Shown piece after piece: positions 51,349-61,186 of a stretch of 64,000 nt of DNA; position 1 is the stretch's first letter; each line of letters begins with the position of its first letter. The stretch spans positions 1,488,001 through 1,552,000 of the forward strand of contig CM038998.1 of the NCBI GenBank assembly GCA_017499595.2. Direction: 5' to 3'. Source of the DNA: Psilocybe cubensis. Taxonomy: Eukaryota. The translations under genes and the position numbers were made by a program. The notes beneath the pieces were generated by a model. That model searched no databases. It was not told the origin of the DNA and worked only from the letters and a program-made list of their open reading frames with translations.

Positions 51349-53455
51349 ATGCGCAATACCTACGTGCTGTCTTTTACACACCTTAAGGATCAATTCGATG
51401 CCGATAAAGCACTACATCTGCTCCAGAGAGTAGCGTCCCTGGTGAAGCCTATCCTGCGCAAGCGGGGATGGGTCATACCCGTTCTCTCCGAATTTTATCC
51501 AGAGAACCCAAACTTATATGGTGAGCAGGATCTAAAGATTGAAGTCAGACTTTTGATACTCACTCCGTCTCATCAGGCCTTAGTACGTTCTTTGCGAGCG
51601 CGGACACCACCGCCTGTTTACTTGTTTCTAACAGCAAGATATTTAGATGAAAATAAGGGACAACAGATACTATTGAGGCTTCGACCGCCCAACTCAAAGG
51701 TCATTCTTCTCCCAGAAGACCAAGTTGTTCAGACTATGCTGCACGAAGTGAGACTTGAATAATTCTATGCATGAATCACGATTCAGGCTTACGCTTCCTC
51801 TTCCCCGACAGCTCACGCATAACGTGTATTCCGACCACGACGACAATTTTTATAGATACCTCGACGATCTGAGGCTAGAATATAAAGGCTTGGAATGGTC
51901 AGGCTGGGACGGCGAAGGCTTTCTCTCCGTTGGACACCTCCTTGGAATAAACGATCTCTCCACACATCTACCCCCTCAGGTTGGACGATTGAAGGGTTTG
52001 GAGGGGGCGGAAAACCGTGCAAAGGCAGCGCGCTTGGCTAATTCTGCAGCTCCTATAGGAGCTCAAAATCGGAAAGCGATAGTTGCAGCCAGAGAGTCGG
52101 CCGCACGGGTTGGTGTCTTTGCATGATAAACACTAGCAATGAAGGTTTAACGTTAATGTATGCAGGCAGCGGACAAAAGGCTGAGAGATTCAAAGGCGTG
52201 CGCATCGGGCGAAGAAGCTCAACGCGAAGTGGAAAAAGCAGCTAAACAAAGCATCACTTCCAAGCCGACGGAAACGAACATTTCTTTTAGCCGCAATCCC
52301 GGTCCAAGTAAAGTTACCTCTGACCTGAGGCCGGTTCCCAAGAGCTCTAAGTCACGGTTACTTACGGGAAACCTTGGTCTTGCAGAGCCGGTCAAAGTCA
52401 GACAAAACTCAGCTATATTACCTCCCTTAAAGGTATCACCACCAGCAAGCTCGAAAGCAAACAATCCAGGTAAAAAGGCAGAATCTGAAGCCAAGGAACC
52501 AACCGAACAGGTTTGTTTTTTTTTCTCTCTAAGATCAAATAGCGTTTTGATATACGTCGTTATCTGCACATAGGCAGCAGGACAAAGTCTACGAAGTACA
52601 AAGGAATGTGCATCTGAGGAAGAAGCACAACAAGAAGCGAAAAAGGCAGGTGTAGAGGATGTCACCTACAAGCCCCAGGACGAGATTATTTCTTGCCACA
52701 GTTCTGGCAAAATCAAGGATTCCCCATCTAACTCTCACCTCGCCGGTTCATCTAGAAACCTTCAGTCTGAACTGCGGTCGGTTCCGAAAACTTATAGATC
52801 GAGGTTACTTACAGGAAATTTTGGACTTGCAAAGCAGCTGAAAATCGGACAAAATCCAACTGCTTCACCTCTCTTGATCAAAACACCACCTGCCGGCTCG
52901 AAGACAAACGAATCAGGCCAAAAGGCTGTATCTGAAGCCAAAGAGTCAGCCGAACAGGTTAGTGTTATTGCAGGATCAATAGTATTAATGAGAGATAACG
53001 ACCTTATTTGTGCATAGACGATGGAACAAAGCCTGCAACGTATAGAGGCATGTACATCTGTCCATGAAGAGAAAATGGCGGCTCTAGAGGACGATTCAAG
53101 CAAAGTCAAGGATTTTGCACTCCGATCTCTCGTTGGTTCATCCAGAAATTCTCAAGCTATGCTGCGTCCAGTTTCAAAAGCCCTGAAGTCCAGATTATTG
53201 TCTGCAAACCTTGGACCTCCAGAGCAGGTGAAAGTTCGGCATAAATCAACTATCACAAAAGCAAGCAATGAACGAACATGTATGGGATGTGCTACGATAA
53301 TCTCATCCAAAAATTTTCAGTGTGACGCTTGTCGAGCCCTGCGCAAACTGCATAATGAATATGAAGGATGGTCATGTCTCCTGTGCGGTGAGCCCGGAAA
53401 TATACCTGAGCATTGGTCATGCCGTTTCTGTGGATGGATAAAAACACAGAGTTAG
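51349..53455 (+). CDS. WLM-domain (Wss1-like) metalloprotease, divergent paralog with triplicated internal exon and two C-terminal C4 zinc fingers
   Basis: ALHLLQRVASLVKPILRKRGWVIPVLSEFYPENPNLYGLN, TMLHELTHNVYSDHDDNFY (HExxH...H), C-terminal CMGC..CDAC and WSCLLC..WSCRFC. Confidence 0.85.
52166..53270 (+). repeat. Three diverged tandem copies of one phase-0 exon plus intron within WLM copy 1
   Basis: Exons 52166-52510, 52574-52957 and 53018 onward share AADKRLRDSKAC/AAGQSLRSTKEC/TMEQSLQRIEAC and LRPVPKSSKSRLLTGNLG/LRSVPKTYRSRLLTGNFG/LRPVSKALKSRLLSANLG. Confidence 0.85.
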
Positions 53456-53933
53456 TGGCGGCGTCGATTTTTATGATAACCTGTGCGTTGCGCATGGGCT
53501 TTTCATTTTCAGGTTGACTGGTAGTGAGCAATTACTGGTTTTCAGAAGAAAACTTGGGAGTGGTGGCAACTCTTGCGATTGGGTCAAGTGGAGATAGCAA
53601 AAAAATTACTTCTTCGCAACATTCTATTCCGATTCTGGACATCGAATGTTTACCGTTTCTTTTTTGTGTCTGACTCACACGAGGACTGTACTTCATTGTA
53701 AAAAATAGATCTATTTTAAGTGGCGCGTGACACTACGGACGCGTACATTGGCATTAATCACATCACGAGGTTTTTCGTAACGCGACGACTAATGAGGTTT
53801 GTCACCATGAAGTTATAGAAAACTGTAGAAAAGACCACGAGCACTTACGCAAGCGCTCATAAAAGGCTTCACGTTCTTCACATGAATTTCTCACCTTTCT
53901 CCCCAACCTTCACATAGTAAAGATTGCAGGGTC

Positions 53934-55305
53934 ATGCCCGACATCTTTGTGCAGTCTTTCACCCACCTCAAGGACAAGCCAAATGCCGACAAGGCACTAC
54001 ATACACTCCAGAGGGTAGCATCCCTGGTCAAGCCCATTATGCGAAAGCATAATTGGGTTTTACCAGTTCTCGCCGAATTCTTTCCGGATAATCCCAATCT
54101 ACTAGGTGATGATGACTTGGCTACATTGCACAATTATGCCAACTTTGCTAATATATCCTGCTCTCTTAACTGGCAGGACTTAGTGCGTTCTTTGTGGACT
54201 GTGTTTCATCGAATATGATCCTGATAAGCGCTTAGATGTGAACATGGGACAGGAAATTCTTGTTCGACTTCGTCCAGCTCATTCTCCCAGCTCATTTCTC
54301 CCAGAAGCCGACGTAGTTGGGACCATGCTTCACGAGGTATGCCCAGTGAGAAACTGCTACACGAGCTGCAATGTAGTTATCGCCTGCACAGCTTACACAC
54401 AACGTCCATGGTCCTCACGATGAAAAGTTTTACAAATACCTCGACGGCCTGCAGGACGAATATGATGCATTGCAACGGTCAGGCTACGCTGGCGAAGGAT
54501 TCTTTTCTGAAGGAAAACGCCTGGGTACCAACATATCCCATAACCTTCCACCACACTTAGCCCGCTTGAAAGCTTTAGAGGCCGCAGAGAAGCGTGTTAA
54601 GGCATCGAAAGTCCTTGGGTCGGGTGGTCGACTGGGTGGGTCAACTAGAAATACTGGACTGAGTCCCAGAGAGCTAGCATCCAGGGTACGTATCATTCCT
54701 TATCAGAATTCGAATGCCTGGATTGACAAATTGTGACTAAGGCCGCTGAAAAAAGGCTCCGCGATGAAAAATCGTGTGGAACAGGAGCCGAAGCTCAACG
54801 AGAAGTAGCCAAAGCAGCCAAAGAGAGCGTCACAAACAAGGTCATCGATTTGACGCTAGATGATGATATGGACATTGAAAAGACAGAACCTGATTCTGAT
54901 TCTAATTCAGAGGTTATTCTCGTCAAAGACTTGTTTCCAAGGCCTACCACATCCGCTGCTATGACTCATGGTTTTTCAACCAAAAATTCATTCAAGAGTT
55001 CAAATATTACCATAGCCCCATCGTCAAAACCTACGACGAAGTCCCCGGTGACTGAAATAGGCCAGAATGTACCATTTGTTTCTGCGGAAAGGGTGAAGCT
55101 ACGCCCTTCGGGCGCTGCGACCAATTGGTCGTGTTCGTTTTGCACGTTGATAAATCCAACGAACGCTGTCCAGTGTGATGCTTGCGGAATGAAGAGGCCG
55201 TTCGAGGACAATGAGGGATGGTCCTGTCATATTTGCGGTGAAAGAGGTAACTTGCATGAACACTGGGCATGTAAGTTCTGCGGGGCAATCAAGTTACACA
55301 GTTGA
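53934..55305 (+). CDS. WSS1: Wss1-like DNA-protein crosslink protease (WLM + SHP + VIM + SIM + RanBP2-type zinc fingers)
   Basis: VKPIMRKHNWVLPVLAEFFP..NLLGLNVN, MLHELTHNVHGPHDEKFY, SHP-like FFSEGKRLG, VIM RELASRAAEKR, SIM VIDLT, WSCSFCTLIN..CDAC. Confidence 0.9.
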
Positions 55306-55405
55306 TATGGTCACTGTAGACTGGCGGGACGGTCTGAATTCGTGGAACCCTTCTTTTGGATAGTACTGTTTATTTATCAGATACCATCGACCATCACATG
55401 AAAAG

Positions 55406-56896
55406 TTAAGTAGCCTTCATAATGCGAAACATTTTGACACTCTCAAATGAGCTATGGGTTTCAAATGTCTCTGAAAAAGTTGTTTCATCAATGCCGGTAT
55501 TCATTTCCTCAATGACAAGATGTGACTCTGGTACGGCTGTCAGCTGATGATGACCAACAATCAGGGAAAAAAGCAAATTACCTCGTACATGAGCAATGAA
55601 AATATTGACAGTCGATTCGTTTCTAACTGTGAGCGCGATGATAGCGTATCTGGGACTCCGTGACTCCGTTTGAAAAAGAGCAATTTTGAGAGTCCCAACC
55701 AAAAACGGAATTAGAGATGGGTCGAAAACCTATAGTCGTGGATCAATCTATAGGATGTAAAAGAAGGGTAGTAGATCTTACGACGTCAGCACCCAGGATC
55801 ACATCAGGGTCTATCTTATGTTGTATTAAAGTTTTCAATGCGCTGCACTGGATGGAGTCGGTTGATTCGGACCAATCAAGATTTAAAAAGTGGATATTGT
55901 GGTGTCGGGAAGACAAGTCTACACCAAAAAAGTCAAGAATAATGGCTATATAAAAAATATGATAAGACGTACTACAAGATAAATTAATATTGTCGCGACA
56001 CCGAAGCAAAACTTCGTTGTTGACATCAGTGAGGAATAGAGATGACAAAGGAGATGACTGATCCTTGCTCTCCCAGAATTTCTGCAGGCTAGCAACGACG
56101 ATTCCGAGAAAACCTATCCCTGACCCAAGTTCAAGAACACGTCTAGAAGTGATTACTTCTAATTGTGGAAATGAATTATAAGGACCATCGAAAGGTTTGA
56201 GTGACACTACCTGGATGCTTAATCACATAATGAGACAACACGAAACTTGCCATCCAGGTTCTTAACCCTGTAGTCCCGTTTTCAATCGTAGTTCTCGATT
56301 CAAGAAGTGTAGTAGTTTGATACTGCGATAGATTTATAGAGAACTCCGAGGTTGAGCGGTTAGGATTTCTGGGATTCCAGTAATGTGTAATATATGAATG
56401 CTGTGGTGCTGCCCTCCCAGGAAGGCCTCGCCCGCATATTTGGGAACGTATACTTGGTTGCATTGACCCAGTTGCCCTAAGTATTAATGCGATTGGAATC
56501 GTGACCTCATGGCAGGCTTAGCTACTTACGGACCGGAGCCTGGCATGAGAGAGACATAATGGTTGTAGATTCGAGCATCGATTTCGAAGTCGGCATAAAA
56601 CTACTAAAGCATGTCGTTTGCTGCTCGAATTGAAAAATGGCACAGAAAAAACGTACCTCTTCTTCTATGCACTTGCGTGCTCTGTCTTCAAGATTTTCAA
56701 TAGCCCATTTCCAAAAGCGTTGTTGGTATTGATCAGAGGGTGGATAGGCCCTGAAATGGTCATTAAGCAAAATATTGTTAACAAGAAAATTATTTATTTG
56801 AGTCAGAGAGCAATTATCGGGAAATTGAAGTTCACTGGGTGAAGTCAGAGAAAAGAAACATCGCAGGAGAGCAAAGAGTTGGGCGTCCATGATCAT
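55406..56896 (-). CDS. eEF2 lysine methyltransferase (EEF2KMT/FAM86/Efm3-like)
   Basis: FAM86-type N-terminus YPPSDQYQQRFWKW, ESRTTIENGTTGLRTWMAS, motif I VLELGSGIGFLG, LTDVN, LDW, ILGADV, ALTVRNEST. Confidence 0.85.
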
Positions 56897-57016
56897 AAGT
56901 TAAACGTTAAAACCCCATCGCGTTTGATTGCAATTATTTGGACTCAGATATTTCAAAGTCCGAAATTCACGTGACTGTTCCCAGAAATCCTTCAAATTTT
57001 TTGCTGGCGCTCCTCA

Positions 57017-58586
57017 ATGTTTTGCCACCACCTCTCTTCTTTCAGACCATGTCTGCGCTCGGTATCACGTCCTGTAGCCAGCACATCTCGTCTGTCCCAA
57101 TATAGGAGTAACTCAACTGTTGTCACATCGGAGAAGTTACATGATTCAGAGGATGGTGTCTCTGAGTTTGAGGAGGCAGATTCACAGGACGCTGACCAGG
57201 GCGACAAAGGACCCAGGAATTATAAGGAGTTCATGGCAACCATTGGCCCCAAGTTTCGCTATGCCTCACCACAGAATTGGTTAGCGCCAAAAACAGTTCA
57301 GTTAACTCCACTTCCTCTCCGTTCCGCCAGACTTACATGTACTCTTTCGCTTTAGCCATTTCCTATGAATCCTTCTTTCAAACCGCCTCCCCCAATATCT
57401 GATGTTCAAAAGGATATAATATTTCAACAATTTCTTGCGGACCCTCTATTACATTCTCCTCGGCGACTTGCTCAGCGCTATCACCTGAGTTTGAAACGTG
57501 TTGATGCAATCCTTCGCCTCAAGGGACTGGAAAGGCACTTCACTAAGGTTTGTCTCATCTTTCTATTCAACCATCTTCCCCCAATATCATTGGCGGATCG
57601 ATGAATGATGCCTTCTTCGATTAGTCTTATAGACAACCCCATGGTTACAACTCGTATTTAAACCCTGACATCTCACTCTTCTAAGAACTATGTTTGTGAA
57701 GAGCTGCGCTGACCTTTCTCTTCTTTCCAGGTACATATCTAAATGATCACTTTCACTCATTGCTAACTCGTGCTACCTTTTCGTCATTGTTCTAGACTGT
57801 GAGTACTCTTTACTGCAACCATTCCAGCTCTTGAGATGAGACATAACTTCATTCGCGAAATGGAAGATAATTCTGTGGTGCCTTACATCGCCCGGGATAT
57901 GGTTATAACCTGTTTCAACCCCATCTGAACTTTTTTTCCCCTGAATTGTGTACATGTTTTGCAAAGTGATGCTGACTAGCTTATTTACAGGGAATTCCTC
58001 TACAAACCGGGTTTCAGATTGGCATGGATAGGTTACTCAACGCTTGGACTCATCCGAAAACACCTTTTTATAAGGCAGGTGTTAAGAGCAAAAGCAAAAT
58101 CGAGGAACGTGAAGATGTTTCCCAAGCCGATGCCCTGGAACAAGCGGAGAAACGTGATGCTGCGCGTTATCGCTATGAACGTTTATATTGGGAATCTACT
58201 CCCGAAGATGGACGGGTAAGGTGTCCCGTATTTTATTTAGTACTAAACTGCTTACCATATCAATGACCTCGCAGGAACCTATCGTACCTGGAGTGTTGGA
58301 GGCTGTGAAGACGAGAGCGCTGCTGAGGGAGCAACGCAGGAAGAAGGCTGCTGCAAGACTTCTGCAAGGCCGACTGCCGAAGAGTCCTTGGATACGTCGA
58401 CCCTCGCGTCCATCCTTCGTTTCCTGGAGGCAGGGCCGTGTCGCTACCAGATTCGTCGACGTCGGGGCTGAGTTCTTGAGCGTGGAGGAATTAAACAAGA
58501 ACACCGCGCCTCGCAGGCACAGGCAAGAGCAACGGCAAAAGAAAGCTGCTGAAAAGATGCAGAAAATTTTGAACTCGAAGCAGTAG
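57017..58586 (+). CDS. Mitochondrial small-subunit ribosomal protein mS45 (Bot1/Mrps35-like)
   Basis: Mitochondrial presequence; PFPMNPSFKPPPPISD..I...SPRRLAQRYHLSLKRVDAILRLKGLE, which is the Bot1p-family signature. Long composite intron 57548-57990. Confidence 0.82.
57595..57673 (+). ncRNA. Candidate intronic box C/D snoRNA guiding 25S rRNA 2'-O-methylation
   Basis: Box C-like (C)GATGAATGATG 57599-57610; 13-nt element TTCGATTAGTCTT (57616-57628), the exact reverse complement of conserved LSU rRNA AAGACUAAUCGAA; D'-like TAGA 57630-57633; box D CTGA 57665-57668; lies inside an intron. Confidence 0.55.
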
Positions 58587-58674
58587 ATATTCCTTGTGCC
58601 TTTGTTTATCCATGAATACAGTCGATTTGTGTATATCTCTCTTATAGTGAATAATAAACTAGATGGTGTCGAGA

Positions 58675-59235
58675 TTATATTATAAGTCCTTCGATCTTCA
58701 AGTCATACACAGTTATTCTTCCGAAGAAGTCTGAACTGGTTTCGAAGACTAGTTTTAATGCCACTATTCCTTCTTTGAATCCATCGTATTGTTCAGGCAT
58801 CAGGTTAAACGCCTGCCTGCGATTAACATCTTCCGGGTAGACAGTGGCAAATATCTGCCAATCCTTTTTATTTTTGCCATCCGTGACGAACAATGCACAG
58901 CGTGTCCCAACGAATCCTCCTTGAAAAGTGATCGAGAGGCGCTTGGGTAATACTCTATCCTCGAACCCTAACTGTATGAATTGAGGAAGACCCTTCAAGA
59001 TTACACTGAATAAATGTACGAGAACACGAAATTAAGATTGAGCAACTACAAACCTGTTGTGATGTCCAACATGTTTCTGGGTTGTTGTCGATTAAATTTT
59101 TCTTTCCTGTGGCTTTTTCGAGGGTTGAACTAACTCTATATTCGATCAGCAATGTGATTAAACTGATTTAAACAAAAAAACAGACTTTAAGGATGTATTA
59201 CTGTCAATGAGGGACACCCACTCGTGGCTTGCCAT
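58675..59235 (-). CDS. Galactose-binding-domain-like protein, NR2C2AP/TRA16-like
   Basis: VSSTL...NLIDNNPETCWTSQQGLPQFIQL...ITFQGGFVG...YPEDVN..Q.F...LVFETSSDFFGRITVYDL. Confidence 0.8.
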
Positions 59236-59335
59236 CGCTGTATAGACAAGAGAACATTATCTTTTAGAAATTTAAAATTAACTTCACCTGTAACGTGACG
59301 TTTTGCGACTATTCCACCTTCATTCCTCTATCCAT

Positions 59336-60664
59336 ATGCCGTCGTTTCTAAAATCTAAACAAACAACAGCCAAGACGACGACGATACCACCCTGGCTTAT
59401 TCTTGCTAACACCGACAAGCATATCTACAAGGTTGAGCGTTTGCTTTCTTCGAGAGAAGCAACGCGGTATGCCGCTCGGGATGCATCACACCAGATTGCA
59501 TTGAAAGCTTCTGAATCTACACAACACGATAAATCTCCAGTTTTCAAAAGATCGTCTCAGAGGAAAGAGGGGAGCGCAGTGGATTTCGTTGAATATTACG
59601 GAATCACAGCTGGTCTGCATGAAGACAACCGCGATCTCAACCGGTATACTGACATTATACCTTACGATCGCACCCGCATTATTGTTCACGATGGAAGCCC
59701 ACCAGCTGTTGGGGATGAGAGCGAAGGGAAACGGCACGAACGATACTTGAACGCCAATTGGGTGTTGGAAAAGTTTGGGCATAAATGGTGGATCGCGACG
59801 CAGGCACCCCTACGACACACTGCACACGCATTTTTGAGTGTCATGCTCCAACCATCTGTACGCCCACCTCATGTTGATTTGCCTCTAAAAGATTCGAAAA
59901 CTAGGCGCGTACGGACCGTCGTACAGTTGGCGCGAAATGTCGAAAACGGTCGCAAGAAAGCAGATGCTTATTTCCCGAGTGAAGTGGGGAGATCCGTTGT
60001 GGTGCTCGCCGAACATGGATGGCGTGCGCCTCCATTAAAGGTTACTCTTTTGGCCAAGAAAGCCATCGACGAAGCCCACTGCATCCAAAGTACTGTGTCG
60101 GTTGCACCAATCAAAAACGCAACCTCGCACCTCGCAGAAGGACGTCACGGAACGGGTGTACAAGACGAAGACAATCATGGCCAAGCAATAGTATTCAACC
60201 ATCTGTTATATCTTTCGTGGCCTGATCACGGTGTTCCAAGTCCAGAAGATCGCCTCAGTTTAGTCCACTTCATACAACTTGTAGACCGAATCAATCGTGA
60301 CACCTCTCAGTGTCCTATTCATTCAGCAGCGACTACAAATCATATCTGTGAAGAGCTTGATCCCGACCCACCAATCATTGTTGGATGCTCTGCTGGAATT
60401 GGCCGTACTGGAGCATTTGTGGCGCTTTCTTCACTTCTGCGTAAATATGGCTTCCTCTTGCCAGCAGCACATCCGACTATTGCACCTCATGTGTACACCT
60501 CACCTCTTGGTCCAATACCATCTGATCCTGATCTCCAGGATGACCTGGTGCTACAAGAAGTTGATTCCCTGAGAGAACAAAGACCAGGGATGGTTGAGCG
60601 AAAGGTACAGATGTCACTCATTTACGAAGTTTTGGCATCCGTGCTTGCCAGTGAGAGTAATTAG
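59336..60664 (+). CDS. Classical-type protein tyrosine phosphatase, intronless
   Basis: NRYTDIIPYD, YLNANWV, WIATQAPL, WPDHGVP, P-loop GCSAGIGRTG, LREQRPGMV. Confidence 0.9.
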   Translation: MPSFLKSKQTTAKTTTIPPWLILANTDKHIYKVERLLSSREATRYAARDASHQIALKASESTQHDKSPVFKRSSQRKEGSAVDFVEYYGITAGLHEDNRDLNRYTDIIPYDRTRIIVHDGSPPAVGDESEGKRHERYLNANWVLEKFGHKWWIATQAPLRHTAHAFLSVMLQPSVRPPHVDLPLKDSKTRRVRTVVQLARNVENGRKKADAYFPSEVGRSVVVLAEHGWRAPPLKVTLLAKKAIDEAHCIQSTVSVAPIKNATSHLAEGRHGTGVQDEDNHGQAIVFNHLLYLSWPDHGVPSPEDRLSLVHFIQLVDRINRDTSQCPIHSAATTNHICEELDPDPPIIVGCSAGIGRTGAFVALSSLLRKYGFLLPAAHPTIAPHVYTSPLGPIPSDPDLQDDLVLQEVDSLREQRPGMVERKVQMSLIYEVLASVLASESN

Positions 60665-61186
60665 GCGCTCGTCATTGCCTCATATGTTTAATGTAAGTTT
60701 CTCGAATGACATTATAACTTTCTGAATGTTGCATGGAATGCAATGTCCTTGTGTGATGTTTTCTATTTCTCCCTCAGGCCCTTTTCTTTTCACTGCTCGT
60801 CGAATGTGTAGAATTTGAAGGAAAAAACTGAAATTACTAAGTTTCTGTAGCCAGCGCCTAACGACCTAGACTCACTTTATTCCATACTCGGCTTGATTTT
60901 GACAAGACTACTGTACTTGCGAGATGCGCATTCTCGAAGCAGCGTTCTATCTATATAAGAAACGGTTATGAAGGACAAGTAGACGTGAGAGCTAACATTT
61001 ACGGCTCCCTACGGACATGCCATGCCGCCGTTCACGAGGCCTGTGTGCTTGATTTCAGAATGTGCGAATGATGGTGAAATTCCTGAAAAGGCGTCATAGA
61101 CGACCGATTAATCAGCCTTTATCTCATGTAGCGTACGGATTATTTATATGGTCAGTATATGTCCGCTCTGTTTGCCCCCAAGATTT

